From the IMG/VR virus record IMGVR_UViG_3300037483_001012, positions 48,715-112,714 of that record: 64,000 bases of DNA; one strand, 5' to 3'. The translations under genes and the position numbers were made by a program. Shown here one piece after another: positions 1 through 9,241 of this stretch (the first letter of the stretch is position 1; the number at the start of each line of letters is the position of its first letter). The stretch comes from a virus. Below the pieces are notes generated by a model. It saw only the letters and a program-made list of their open reading frames with translations, had not been told where the DNA came from and ran no database searches.

Positions 1-1211
1 AAATCTTCAATCTGGATTGGCCGTTTGCACGCCATCCAGGATGCAAGGTCGATAAGCGCCTTGCCCTGCCCGGTCCAAACGTTGAATCTGGTGCGTACGA
101 ACTCTGATCGAAGATCTGGCCGGCGCCGTGCCGTTTCCTTGTCGGCGTTCATCTTGATCGGATCGAGGCTTACCCGATACATCGGGTTGCATTTGGCCAT
201 CAACCGATCGAAGTGCGACCCGAATATCTTGTCGTACTCGATCGCCTTCGTTTCCTTGTGGCGATAGTCGTCGTCGTCGAGTTCATAGATCGCCGCGAAG
301 AATGTGAAGTCCTCCGACTTTCCTTCGAGCACCATGATGGCCTCGAGCCGCAGTTCGTATCCTGGACCTTCCGGCCGGTAGCCGGCCGTGGTGATCATTC
401 TCAGCAGCGCATTTGGCCTCGCGCCGAAGGCTGAATTGACCACCCGATATACCGTCGCGGCGCCGGCGTGCCCTTCTTCGAAAATAGCAAGCGATGGATT
501 GAGACCGTCTTGTCTCTCGCCTTGCGATGAAAGTTTGAAGATTCGGCCTTCCCCGCAACGTATTTCATCCGTTGTTACTTTGAGCCGATACCTCTCCACG
601 AGTTCTGGCTCGTTGTTCACCATCTTGACGAGATCGCCGTAGAGCGTGTCGTCCGCCTGTCTACTGGTCGATGCCGCGATTGGAATTTCTGGCGCAAGCT
701 GTCCGGAACAGCAGAGGTCGAACAGCGCGGCCGGCACAGCTCTTAAACTTTTTGCATTTTTTCTGGGTAAGATTTCCAGCGCCTTTGTCACGAGGCGCTC
801 GCCTGTCAGGCGCCGGCGAAACCCTTGGATCGCAGACTCAATCCAGATTTGGAACGGCTCGAGGATGATGAACTGGTTGACCGTGCCATCATCGCTTCTC
901 TGGGTGTATTCCCAACTGCCGCTCTCGAAGTGTCGAAGTTTTTCGATGAATGCGCAGTAGTCGACGACATGCGCTGGCGAAAAATAGAAAAGACACGACT
1001 CGGTCTCCGCCATCTTGAGCATGCGGAGATATCGCTCGGCGGCCAGCACGACGTAACGGCACACCGGGTTGGTTCCGGCCACGCACGCCTCGGCATATCG
1101 CTTTGCGATTGCCGGATAGTCCGTGAATTCCTGCTTCTGTGTCTCCACGCCATCATGAACATCCAAGACGAGCGGAGGCAGGTCAGCGAAGTGGGCGCGC
1201 CGCAGATACAC
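1..1211 (-). CDS. terL: Terminase large subunit (Terminase_1 type), 3' part runs off the window
   Basis: Not in the ORF track; translated by hand from GTG at 1211: ILEPFQIW, Walker A LPRKNAKS, DGLNPSLAIFEEGH (Walker B), coupling motif ITTAG; directly downstream of terS. Confidence 0.92.
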   Translation of the reverse strand, partial: MYLRRAHFADLPPLVLDVHDGVETQKQEFTDYPAIAKRYAEACVAGTNPVCRYVVLAAERYLRMLKMAETESCLFYFSPAHVVDYCAFIEKLRHFESGSWEYTQRSDDGTVNQFIILEPFQIWIESAIQGFRRRLTGERLVTKALEILPRKNAKSLRAVPAALFDLCCSGQLAPEIPIAASTSRQADDTLYGDLVKMVNNEPELVERYRLKVTTDEIRCGEGRIFKLSSQGERQDGLNPSLAIFEEGHAGAATVYRVVNSAFGARPNALLRMITTAGYRPEGPGYELRLEAIMVLEGKSEDFTFFAAIYELDDDDYRHKETKAIEYDKIFGSHFDRLMAKCNPMYRVSLDPIKMNADKETARRRPDLRSEFVRTRFNVWTGQGKALIDLASWMACKRPIQIED

Positions 1212-1650
1212 GACTTGAGAATCCGCAGGAGGCGAATTTATTTGTCTTCCCCCCGGGGTTCGCGATCGCTGGTGCGTCATCGGCAATCTTCAATTGACCA
1301 AGTGCTCTTTGCATCTGCGTCGATAGCGATGCCGGCACTGATTTTCCAGCGGCCATCCGCCGTTGCATCTCCTGGTGCAGGAACGCGACCTGCTCGACCA
1401 GCATCCGGGTGACTGACGTGAGCTTGTTTGAATCGAACAGGATGCGCGCCAGTTCGTGATATTTATCCAGGCCGGCTTTATCGAACGGAAGCTCAGGTTC
1501 TGGAATCGTCTTGAGCCATGGCCCGGTGACAACGGTGGCCGCCGCGGCTGCGTCACGCAATGCGTCGGAGCGATCGGCGCGGAACGTCCCGCGCTTCTTG
1601 CGCTCCTCGTCGCTCAGGCGACTGCTGCCGCCGGATCCTTTGCCGCCCAT
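1183..1650 (-). CDS. terS: Terminase small subunit (P27-like)
   Basis: MGGKGSGG...KKRGTFRADR N-terminus, NKFA near C-terminus, immediately upstream of terL. Confidence 0.8.
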   Translation of the reverse strand: MGGKGSGGSSRLSDEERKKRGTFRADRSDALRDAAAAATVVTGPWLKTIPEPELPFDKAGLDKYHELARILFDSNKLTSVTRMLVEQVAFLHQEMQRRMAAGKSVPASLSTQMQRALGQLKIADDAPAIANPGGKTNKFASCGFSSRVSAARPLR

Positions 1651-1681
1651 ACTGCGCCTCGATCGGATCGGCCGACAGCGA

Positions 1682-2365
1682 TCATGTCGGCGGTCCCGCT
1701 TCCACGTACATCATGCGAGAGAATTCACGACCCCAATCCGCCGCATATGCGCAGTCTTTGTACCTTTCGAAGTACGGACCGCCTTCTGTGAAGTGCAGAT
1801 TTGCGATTTCTTCTGGCGGAACATTTGGATCATAGCCTACGAGATGGTTCCAGCGATGCGGGATTTCGCCGATCAGATCCTCGTTCTCCAGCCATTTGAA
1901 GCGATGAAGCTCGAGCCCGGTCGCGGTGTTGACGTATTCCGGCGTGAGCGCGCGGCACATCGCGCAATTCATCAGCATCACGCTTGACCAGTTTTTCATC
2001 GGGTAGGTGGTCTGAACGTTGCCAAGGAACTTCTTCGTTCCGGTCGGAACATGATTGTGCTTGACCACCTGCACAGAAAAGTTTTGGTCTCGAAGGGCCC
2101 ACAGTTCGGCGACATCGCTCAACACAAGCATGTCGCAATCCATAACAATTGCCCATCCCTCATAATTGCAAAGGGACGGAACTAGAAAACGCGAAAACGA
2201 AAAGTCCGTCGACTGAAGAGGGTCGCGCGGCCGCGTCATTCTCAATTGCGAAAGCATCAACGGGGTAATTTGTACGGGGCAACTCGCGCGCGCGTGAATG
2301 GAGTGAGACAGGACATGGAACGCAACCGCTTCTCTTGGATCATAGCCGATGAAAACGCGTATCAT
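1682..2365 (-). CDS. GT-A fold glycosyltransferase (GT8-like)
   Basis: IFIGYDPRE, STDFSFSRFLVP, DCD (DxD), KNWSS, WNHLVG, HFTEGGP motifs. Confidence 0.85.
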   Translation of the reverse strand: MIRVFIGYDPREAVAFHVLSHSIHARASCPVQITPLMLSQLRMTRPRDPLQSTDFSFSRFLVPSLCNYEGWAIVMDCDMLVLSDVAELWALRDQNFSVQVVKHNHVPTGTKKFLGNVQTTYPMKNWSSVMLMNCAMCRALTPEYVNTATGLELHRFKWLENEDLIGEIPHRWNHLVGYDPNVPPEEIANLHFTEGGPYFERYKDCAYAADWGREFSRMMYVEAGPPT

Positions 2366-2399
2366 GTAAGGCCTCGCGCGTATTCATCGAGCAACCACA

Positions 2400-3182
2400 T
2401 CATCGAACGAATTGATTGCGCGGCGTGTAATGGAAGACGTCTATGGGATGAAGCTGTGACCAAATATCCCTACAATGTTGACACGGCATCCACTTCCCGC
2501 AAGCCGGCGGCATCGCAATGTTCCTATGCCCTGGATAACCAAGGATGTTTGGATCTCCGACACCACCGAACAGCACCGTGGCGTTATTGATCCGAAGCGC
2601 CGCATTCGCATGATGCAGGCCGCCATCCGGCAGCACACACCACCGAACAAGCCTCATGACGGCTGCGGCCTGCCGAAAAGTCGGCGTCTCGATGAAGCGC
2701 GCGCCCTCCAACGGTACCGTGTCAGACGGGCCGATCTGAAGCGGAACGAGGCCGTAGTGCTTTACGATTGCAACAAGCTCTTGCCACTTGTCGACGCCCC
2801 ATTGCTTGTTCGGATTGGCGACCGACTTCAGCGTCGGCTCGATAAGGAAAAGCCTCTGCTCACTACCGACTGCTCTTTCGGCGAACTCCAATTCAGTAAC
2901 GTCAAGTTCGATAGCGCCGAGATGGTCGCGCGCGCGCCAATTGCTGAACTTTTGTCCACCCTCGCGGGAAAACGGATACGCGATGTACGGCCGGCAGCCC
3001 GAGCCGTTTTTCAGGTCGATGAATGAACCGCTTTGGCCTGGCTGCAATATCCACGAAAGGCCGCGCCACATCTCAGACCAGCGCGGGGCACCGTGCTTAT
3101 CGACGATGCGAATTATGTTTTCTGTGCGCCGGTGCTCGGAAAGAGCATGGCCGGAGGCCATAATTTCATCTCCGATTCCCAA
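2400..3182 (-). CDS. GT9 (heptosyltransferase-like) glycosyltransferase
   Basis: MGIGDEIM start, NKQW, DGGLHHANAAL, VLFG, C-terminal Cys cluster. Confidence 0.75.
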   Translation of the reverse strand: MGIGDEIMASGHALSEHRRTENIIRIVDKHGAPRWSEMWRGLSWILQPGQSGSFIDLKNGSGCRPYIAYPFSREGGQKFSNWRARDHLGAIELDVTELEFAERAVGSEQRLFLIEPTLKSVANPNKQWGVDKWQELVAIVKHYGLVPLQIGPSDTVPLEGARFIETPTFRQAAAVMRLVRWCVLPDGGLHHANAALRINNATVLFGGVGDPNILGYPGHRNIAMPPACGKWMPCQHCRDIWSQLHPIDVFHYTPRNQFVR

Positions 3183-3185
3183 ATC

Positions 3186-3875
3186 TCAATCCCACGACAT
3201 GATGTAATCGCCGGATATTGTATTGCGCACCACGGCGCCCATGCTCTTCAAGAACTCGACGCCGTCGGTGACGCCGATGCCGTAGCGATCGGCCATGCCG
3301 GTTTCCGGCTTCTGCTCAACGATCACGCACGGCTTGTCACGCTTCAGCGTTTCAATCGCGCCGCGCAGCACGAACAATTCATAACCTTCGCAGTCGACCT
3401 TTATGAAATCGATGTGTTGAATATTGAACGAGTCGAGCATCCGAAGATCGGCGGATATGCCTTGAGCATCGGCCGCGGTGTTGACCCCGGTGTCGCCAGA
3501 CGACCCAGGCGTCCGCGTTTGCACGACGACCGACCCAGTCGTCTCACCAAGCGCGCACTCGTGCAGTTCTGCATTGCCGCGCTGATCCATATTCGCGCGC
3601 CAGCATTGGCGATGTTCAGGCATCGGCTCGAACGCATGCACGCGTTCGAAATCAAACGACATCGGCCATGACCAGAGGCCAACATGAGCGCCGATATCGA
3701 TCGCGACGCGGCGTTCCGGTCGAACATATTCCAGCGCGGCGTTGTATTTGTGAGCTTGGTATCCGAGCCGCTGCTGGTCGAGCGGACCAACGCGCTGCTT
3801 CATGGACACCATCCACTTTAGAAGGTGCTCTTCTCCGTCAGGGAGATACCAGCCGCCGGCTTCGAATAGCTTCAT
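3186..3875 (-). CDS. FkbM-family SAM methyltransferase
   Basis: AIDIGAHVGLW, AFEP, IKVDCEGYE motifs; start taken at MKLFEAG. Confidence 0.9.
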   Translation of the reverse strand: MKLFEAGGWYLPDGEEHLLKWMVSMKQRVGPLDQQRLGYQAHKYNAALEYVRPERRVAIDIGAHVGLWSWPMSFDFERVHAFEPMPEHRQCWRANMDQRGNAELHECALGETTGSVVVQTRTPGSSGDTGVNTAADAQGISADLRMLDSFNIQHIDFIKVDCEGYELFVLRGAIETLKRDKPCVIVEQKPETGMADRYGIGVTDGVEFLKSMGAVVRNTISGDYIMSWD

Positions 3876-4620
3876 TTGCCCTGAGGTCCTTCCAGCACTT
3901 GCCGCTCGCCATTTCGTCAATCGTCCATTGGTTCGCCGCTAAAACAGCAGCAAACTCAAGCCGACCTTTTGGAAAAGCAGGGCTTTCTATTTTTGAGAGA
4001 TCGGAAAGAGTCATGCGCGACGCGGCGCATCTCCCAGTTGTGAACGCCGGAATTCCTGCGAGCACGGCATCCACGGCAGAATTGGAGGTGAACGTAACGA
4101 CGGCCCAGCAATCGTTGAGCGCCCGCGCGATCGGCGCGATTTTGGCGTCCGCCTTCAGCCTTACTTTGATTTGGCGGTCGGTGTGCTTGCGCAGTTCGCG
4201 CGTTGTCTTTTCGACCCACTCACCTGGCTTGAAGCCGTGAAGTTCGAAGAAAGCCTCGGATTGCGGACAAAGCAGAATGTGAGACCCGCGCTTCCGCCAA
4301 TCCTTTATCGGGATGTTGAACGATAGAAACCGCGCCGGGTCGGCCTGCCCTTCACCTGTGTGCTGAATAGCGCCACGCGTAACCCGATAGTATTTGCCGC
4401 GACCGAAATAGGCGTTGTCGCCGTAATACCAATCACGGTCCTCCGCGATCGCCCGGTTTATGATCGGCCACAGTTTCGGGCTGCCGTATATAGCAATGGC
4501 TCCTGGCCGAAGACGACAATCCCGTACAATCTCACCACCGCAGCCGCGCGCAAAAGCCGCGCACCATTTCGGCGATGTCTGCTCGCCCGGCGCCTCGTAG
4601 ACATGGACGGAGTCCGCCAC
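3838..4620 (-). CDS. Putative GT-B glycosyltransferase (capsule synthesis KpsS/KpsC-like)
   Basis: VVTFTSNSAVDAVLAGIP motif, QWTIDEMASG C-terminus; heads the GT cluster. Confidence 0.55.
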   Translation of the reverse strand: MADSVHVYEAPGEQTSPKWCAAFARGCGGEIVRDCRLRPGAIAIYGSPKLWPIINRAIAEDRDWYYGDNAYFGRGKYYRVTRGAIQHTGEGQADPARFLSFNIPIKDWRKRGSHILLCPQSEAFFELHGFKPGEWVEKTTRELRKHTDRQIKVRLKADAKIAPIARALNDCWAVVTFTSNSAVDAVLAGIPAFTTGRCAASRMTLSDLSKIESPAFPKGRLEFAAVLAANQWTIDEMASGKCWKDLRANEAIRSRRLVSP

Positions 4621-4629
4621 GAGAATTTT

Positions 4630-4851
4630 CTACCTGATGACTTTCACGGCCTGGTGCTCACGAACGCCTTCCATTTGGCGCTCGAACCGCCGCTCCCATG
4701 CCCTGGCGCAGGAGATGCACTGCTTCGTATGAGGTACCAGTTGGAGACGCGCGGTCTCGATCGGATCGCCGCAATCCTTGCACTCGACTGGCTTCGGCAG
4801 GCTCTTGCCATGTGCTCGGCGGCCGGCGATCAGATTGACGACGTCGCCCAT
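4630..4851 (-). CDS. TraR/DksA C4-type zinc finger protein
   Basis: CKDCGDPIETARL...P...CISC. Confidence 0.85.
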   Translation of the reverse strand: MGDVVNLIAGRRAHGKSLPKPVECKDCGDPIETARLQLVPHTKQCISCARAWERRFERQMEGVREHQAVKVIR

Positions 4852-4887
4852 ATCGAGACCCCATGGATTTGATCGGCAGGCTTCCCA

Positions 4888-5100
4888 TTATCCCAGCGAG
4901 ATCGAATCCGGCAGCGAATTTGTTTCGGCAATCGCCGCATCGCATAGCTCGATCGCCGCGCGCTTCTGATCGCCGTAGTGCTCGATGAGCAGGGCCTTCG
5001 CCTCCCTCGGCGTCACCTTGCCCTCGCCGATGGCGATGGCTGCGGCCAATGGGAAGCCCTTGTACGGGCCCTCAGATACGGTGGCATCCATGATCGACAT
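4888..5100 (-). CDS. Hypothetical protein
   Basis: ORF with GGAG RBS, co-oriented with neighbours. Confidence 0.6.
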   Translation of the reverse strand: MSIMDATVSEGPYKGFPLAAAIAIGEGKVTPREAKALLIEHYGDQKRAAIELCDAAIAETNSLPDSISLG

Positions 5101-5135
5101 CGGCGATCTCCAAGAGAGCCGTTAGCTTCCCGGCG

Positions 5136-5486
5136 TCAGCGTCTCTTTTCTTGCTTCCCGGCCGGAGGCGATCCAGCGGCAATACCTGCTTCGCCGGCCA
5201 TCGCCTCGATATTCTTTTCGAGCAAACTGATGTGCTGCTCTACCGTCTCGAGGGCCGCGTTGACCGCATCATGATATTTCAGGTGATCCTTCCATGGCTC
5301 CAGCGCTTGCCGCGCCAGCGCGGCCGCGTTCTGACCGAACACCGCCAGCATCTCTGTCTTTTTTTCAATCGTCGTCCCGGGCTTGTCGACAACCGCTTCA
5401 AGAACGGTGAGCAGCAGGCCTTCCATCGCAAAAATGCGCCCAACAAAAAAGGCTGGGTCCATCGGATTGGTCGGCTTTTTTGCCAT
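5136..5486 (-). CDS. Hypothetical protein
   Basis: 116 aa helical ORF, phage-like codon usage. Confidence 0.7.
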   Translation of the reverse strand: MAKKPTNPMDPAFFVGRIFAMEGLLLTVLEAVVDKPGTTIEKKTEMLAVFGQNAAALARQALEPWKDHLKYHDAVNAALETVEQHISLLEKNIEAMAGEAGIAAGSPPAGKQEKRR

Positions 5487-5496
5487 CTCGGCCCCT

Positions 5497-5526
5497 AAGA
5501 AAAGCGGGCCGGCTCGCGCCGGCCCG
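5497..5526 (-). terminator. Intrinsic terminator
   Basis: 9-bp perfect stem CGGGCCGGC/GCCGGCCCG followed on the minus strand by CTTTTCTT. Confidence 0.65.
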
Positions 5527-5585
5527 AGTTATTACGTAACGCGGGAGGAACCTTGTTCTGCGCCGTAGGAAAAATACGGATCGAC

Positions 5586-5768
5586 CTATAGCGTTTGCCA
5601 GCGCGGATCGTTGGCCCGGTCCGATGGCCCATCAGCACCGGTCGCGGCCGCGATGTCCTCAATCGATTTCAAGGTGCGCCGCGTATTGACCATCGCGATG
5701 ACGGAAAGCACGACCGCCGACAGCGCTACGACGAGGGCGACGATCGAGATGACCATAGCGTCAGGCAT
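5586..5768 (-). CDS. Small membrane protein
   Basis: N-terminal hydrophobic helix; overlaps the stop of the upstream gene. Confidence 0.6.
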   Translation of the reverse strand: MPDAMVISIVALVVALSAVVLSVIAMVNTRRTLKSIEDIAAATGADGPSDRANDPRWQTL

Positions 5769-5991
5769 GGCGGCCAGGCCCTGCGTCCCCGTAGATCGAA
5801 TCGGCGATTGCCTTGAGCGCCAGCTTGTCGGCCCAACTCAACCGCGGATCGTCCAGCGAAATAGCGAGGAAGTTCTGATCGAGATAGGCCCGGCGCTTGA
5901 TCGCTTCCTTGTCGATGCTGGTCGGCGCCCTGAAATTCGTTCGGAGAAAACCTTCTCCTCGGTCCGCTATGGCGCAATCTTGCGGCTGCAC
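5761..5991 (-). CDS. Hypothetical protein
   Basis: Fills the gap between csp and the membrane protein gene. Confidence 0.55.
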   Translation of the reverse strand: MQPQDCAIADRGEGFLRTNFRAPTSIDKEAIKRRAYLDQNFLAISLDDPRLSWADKLALKAIADSIYGDAGPGRHA

Positions 5992-5992
5992 G

Positions 5993-6196
5993 TTACACTA
6001 ACTCGACGTTGATTGCCGACAGCCCCTTCGGCTTATCCTCGACGTCGAACTTCACCTTGTCGCCTTCGCGCACGGTGATCCCGGCCTTCTCGACCTCGCT
6101 GGTGTGAAGGAACACGTCCTTCTGGGCGTCGTCGCGCGTGATGAAGCCGTAGCCCTTGGTCGGGTTAAACCACTTTATGGTGCCTTGCATCTGCAT
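5993..6196 (-). CDS. cspA: Cold-shock protein
   Basis: GTIKWFNPTKGYGFI (RNP1), DVFLH (RNP2). Confidence 0.95.
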   Translation of the reverse strand: MQMQGTIKWFNPTKGYGFITRDDAQKDVFLHTSEVEKAGITVREGDKVKFDVEDKPKGLSAINVELV

Positions 6197-6464
6197 GGTG
6201 TCAGGTTTCCGGTTGGTGTGGACGTGACCGGGTATCGCGCGCCACGGTGCGCCCCGCTTAGGCGGGAGAATTATTTCGGCGATGTTGGGATTTTTCCCGA
6301 AAGTATCCGGGTATTATGGGCGGGTAATATTCGAGGCCGAGATCATCGGGCCCTTCGATCCGCAACCTTTAGAGCGAATCACCAGCCATAGGCCAGATAT
6401 TGCGGCAATCGAGTTTAGTGTCAATCGATTGTGGTGCTGTTGCAATTATTTACCACATCTTGGA

Positions 6465-6744
6465 TCATATTATCTCTGATATAATTTCGCGCGATGTAGA
6501 TAATATCGCCGGATCGGTGAGGCATACGCGTAACACTAATATTTTTTGGCCATATTTTACTGGCTCGATCGCTGCAATCTTCGCTATCGCCGGAGCCGAC
6601 GCGGCCTCAGCTATTTCCAAATCGAATTTGGTTTGCAAATTGAACCAGAGCTGCGCCGATGTGCCGATCGCCTTGGCGAGGCGCGGTGTCGGCGGTGACG
6701 CCGCTGGTCTCGGCCGCGATGCGCTCGACCCGCGCGCCGGCCAC
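6465..6744 (-). pseudogene. higA: HigA-family antitoxin remnant, frameshifted and 5'-truncated
   Basis: One frame gives RVERIAAETSGVTADTA, then a frameshift to LAKAIGTSAQLWFNLQTKFDL; the canonical ITADTALRLAKA is broken. Confidence 0.7.
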
Positions 6745-6778
6745 ACTCTATATTAGCCACCTATTATAATGACTGAAA

Positions 6779-7228
6779 TTATTGGTCGCTATTATTCCTG
6801 CCGCCCCAAAGTTCCGGCGGGATTGCTGATATCTCGCGCGGCCGGTTCTCGATCGCCTCGCACCAGAACGGTAACATCTCGAGTTGACCGGTCTCGCGGG
6901 CGAGTTGCTCCATCCTCGCTTTAAGGCCTCCATGGTGCCTGGTGCACAGCGACTGTAAATTCCCCCAGGCATAGGTCAATTCCGGGAATTCCCGACGCGG
7001 CTTAATATGGTCGACGACGTCGGTGAGGACCGCGTCGTCGCCTTCCTGTGTGCAAAATTCACAAAATGGACGGGCCCTCCTGAACCTTCGGCTGAGCCGC
7101 GTCCAGTGATCGTCCAGCCCCCGCTCCGCCGGCGCCGGCCGCGGCTCACGCCCGGCGAATTGAGGCCGCACCGCCGACGGTGCCTTCCATTGCTTAAACC
7201 GCGGGGGCCGATCGGATCTGACGGGCAT
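6779..7228 (-). CDS. HNH endonuclease, packaging-associated (HK97 gp74-like)
   Basis: PFCEFC...VVDHIKP...NLQSLCTRHH; same strand as and upstream of the terminase genes. Confidence 0.88.
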   Translation of the reverse strand: MPVRSDRPPRFKQWKAPSAVRPQFAGREPRPAPAERGLDDHWTRLSRRFRRARPFCEFCTQEGDDAVLTDVVDHIKPRREFPELTYAWGNLQSLCTRHHGGLKARMEQLARETGQLEMLPFWCEAIENRPREISAIPPELWGGRNNSDQ

Positions 7229-7329
7229 TGGCCTCAACTATTCCGCCGGGATTTTCGCGATGACGCGCCGGCCCGATAAACAACGCCAGCCGAGCCTCTT
7301 CCGTCAAGGAGTTTCGCCGCCGCGCCGTT

Positions 7330-7500
7330 ATTGCATTTTAGCTCCCAACAATTTTTTTACAGCCCATGCCGGAATATGCCTGCCTCGCGCGGTCAGTATC
7401 CAACAAGTAAAATTGTTAACGACACCCCCCATACCCCAAGCATCGTCAAGCATTCGCGTGAAATTATTCACACGTTGCGGCTTATGCTGCGTTGTCGATT
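7330..7500 (-). other. Probable cos/packaging-initiation region
   Basis: Non-coding; minus strand reads GGGGTATGGGGGGTGTC...GACCG...AAAAAAATT, resembling left ends of HNH/P27-terminase cos phages; lies at a divergent junction. Confidence 0.4.
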
Positions 7501-7614
7501 GATAGGATTGATCTACTATACCTTGACCATAGTCCTATTGCGCGGCTGCTATGGAATGGTTACTTGTGTCAAGCTATGTGGAAAAATAATTATTGAAAAA
7601 TGCGTGGCGAATAG

Positions 7615-7643
7615 TTGACAGGCGTTGCGTCTTATGAGAGGGT
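7615..7643 (+). promoter_or_regulatory. Candidate sigma70 early promoter
   Basis: Perfect TTGACA at 7615-7620 after an AT-rich UP-like tract; weak -10 (GAGGGT) at 17 bp spacing. Confidence 0.45.
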
Positions 7644-7705
7644 ATGAATGCCACGCGATTGTGGCGTGTTCGGAATAGTCCGGACGAGATATGAGGAAGC
7701 ACCCA

Positions 7706-7876
7706 ATGCGCGCCATCACCACAACGGCCCTGGTCCTGCTGACACTGGCGGCCCCCGTCGTTGGCCTGCTGTATGTCGTCCCCGCTGTGAATGCGTGGGA
7801 GCTGGCGAACAACTATCCTTATGGCAAGATGTGCAATTCGATCTTTACCGCCAACGTTGACACCTGCCCCCGTTGA
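7706..7876 (+). CDS. Small membrane/secreted protein
   Basis: Hairpin + GAGGA RBS; hydrophobic N-terminus. Confidence 0.7.
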   Translation: MRAITTTALVLLTLAAPVVGLLYVVPAVNAWELANNYPYGKMCNSIFTANVDTCPR

Positions 7877-7971
7877 TGGCGCGCCACGTCCTGCGCCTCT
7901 ACATGGGGCGCAGTGCGGGGCACGTACCCCGTGATCGGAATGGACCGGTCATCATATGAGGAACCTAAGCC

Positions 7972-8184
7972 ATGGCTACCCTTGACCTGCACCCCGGCGC
8001 GTACACGTCGCGCAAAGGATTCCGCCCTGTCATCCGCACCTATCGCGATGGCGTCCCGCATGGCTCTAAGGCGTCCGGCTTCCTGTTCGCCACCAGGGCC
8101 GAAGCGGAATCACATGCGCGCATTGCTGCGCTCAATGTGGCTCTGAACTACAACGGCGCGTCCCTTCACGTCGCTGTGCACTAG
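7972..8184 (+). CDS. Hypothetical protein
   Basis: Hairpin + GAGGA RBS. Confidence 0.75.
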   Translation: MATLDLHPGAYTSRKGFRPVIRTYRDGVPHGSKASGFLFATRAEAESHARIAALNVALNYNGASLHVAVH

Positions 8185-8194
8185 GGCGCGCGCC

Positions 8195-8308
8195 ATGGTC
8201 CGCACCATCATCCGTGAGGCCGCCTTTGTCGGGACCTGCCTTGTCGTCGGCACGGTCCTAAGCGGGGTGGGCTTATTGGCTTACCTGCTGGTGGATTGGC
8301 GATTCTAG
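8195..8308 (+). CDS. 37-aa membrane peptide
   Basis: MVRTIIREAAFVGTCLVVGTVLSGVGLLAYLLVDWRF, read by hand. Confidence 0.5.
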   Translation: MVRTIIREAAFVGTCLVVGTVLSGVGLLAYLLVDWRF

Positions 8309-8407
8309 GCGTGCATCGCGTCCTGCCGTCTCGTCACGGGGCGGCAGTGCAGGGTGCAGCTACCCTCCCCGCTGGAATCGACCGCCGGGGCAAATCGAGG
8401 AAAAGAC

Positions 8408-9010
8408 ATGCCACAAGGCCGCGTTGAGAAAGTTGATTTTACCTCTGGCGGTGCCGGGAACCAATGGACCACGATTGACGGCGTGAGGTACGCCACATGG
8501 TGGGGTATCAAGACGAAGAATTGGCGCACGGGCGATCTGGTGACATTCGAAGTTTACAGCGCCCCGCTTTGGAGTGGCATGACGCCAATCGCTTGCGCCA
8601 AAAATATCAGCAAGGCCGAAAGCCAAAATATCATCCGCGCCAAGTTGATCGAGGCCCGCGCTCTTATTGCAGACCGTTCTAACTGGTGCATGGGAATGCA
8701 CGCCAGCGACCGCGACGGAAATGCCGTCTATCACAATGAACCGAACGCCAAATGCTTTTGCGCCGATGGCGCGCTAGGCAAGGTCTGTGGCGTCGAAATA
8801 AGCCCCGCCGGGGATTGGCAAAACAACCCTCTCTATAATTCGGTACGAAGCGTCGTCTGGGATGCAGCAACCCGCGAATTCGGCAAAAGCCATGTTTGCG
8901 TCAATGATGGTGAGCACCTGCCGGACGACTTCGATGACGATTCCGTTGTCGCCCGCTCACACCGCGATATTCTAACCGTTTTTGACAAGGCGATTGAGGC
9001 AATCGCCTAG
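8408..9010 (+). CDS. Hypothetical phage protein (C-terminal DUF6197-like domain)
   Basis: Hairpin + GAGG RBS before MPQGR; ARALI...WC.G...CFCADGAL...ND...H.DIL..FDKAI pattern. Confidence 0.75.
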   Translation: MPQGRVEKVDFTSGGAGNQWTTIDGVRYATWWGIKTKNWRTGDLVTFEVYSAPLWSGMTPIACAKNISKAESQNIIRAKLIEARALIADRSNWCMGMHASDRDGNAVYHNEPNAKCFCADGALGKVCGVEISPAGDWQNNPLYNSVRSVVWDAATREFGKSHVCVNDGEHLPDDFDDDSVVARSHRDILTVFDKAIEAIA

Positions 9011-9241
9011 CGCGCGCCGCGACGTGCGCCGGGTCCGCCCGGCGCATATCAGGGCGCGGCTACGTCTGGCCTAAGCCTCAGTGCGGCGCTACCAGTGGGT
9101 AGCGTGCGGCACGGGCGACGATGCAGGGGCAAACCGGACCGGGCGGGATTCCCGGAATGGACTCCCTGATGACGGGCAGGCAATCCCGCCGCGACAACCC
9201 TACCGCCCGGAATGGTCCGGGCGGGACATGAGGAACGAACT

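Noticed and set aside
9066-9140. c-di-GMP-I riboswitch (GGCCTAA and GGCAAACC words)
   Set aside because: The elements are in the wrong order and the GNRA-capped P2 is missing.
9166-9200. Hammerhead ribozyme from CTGATGA
   Set aside because: No GAAA core segment after the putative stem II.
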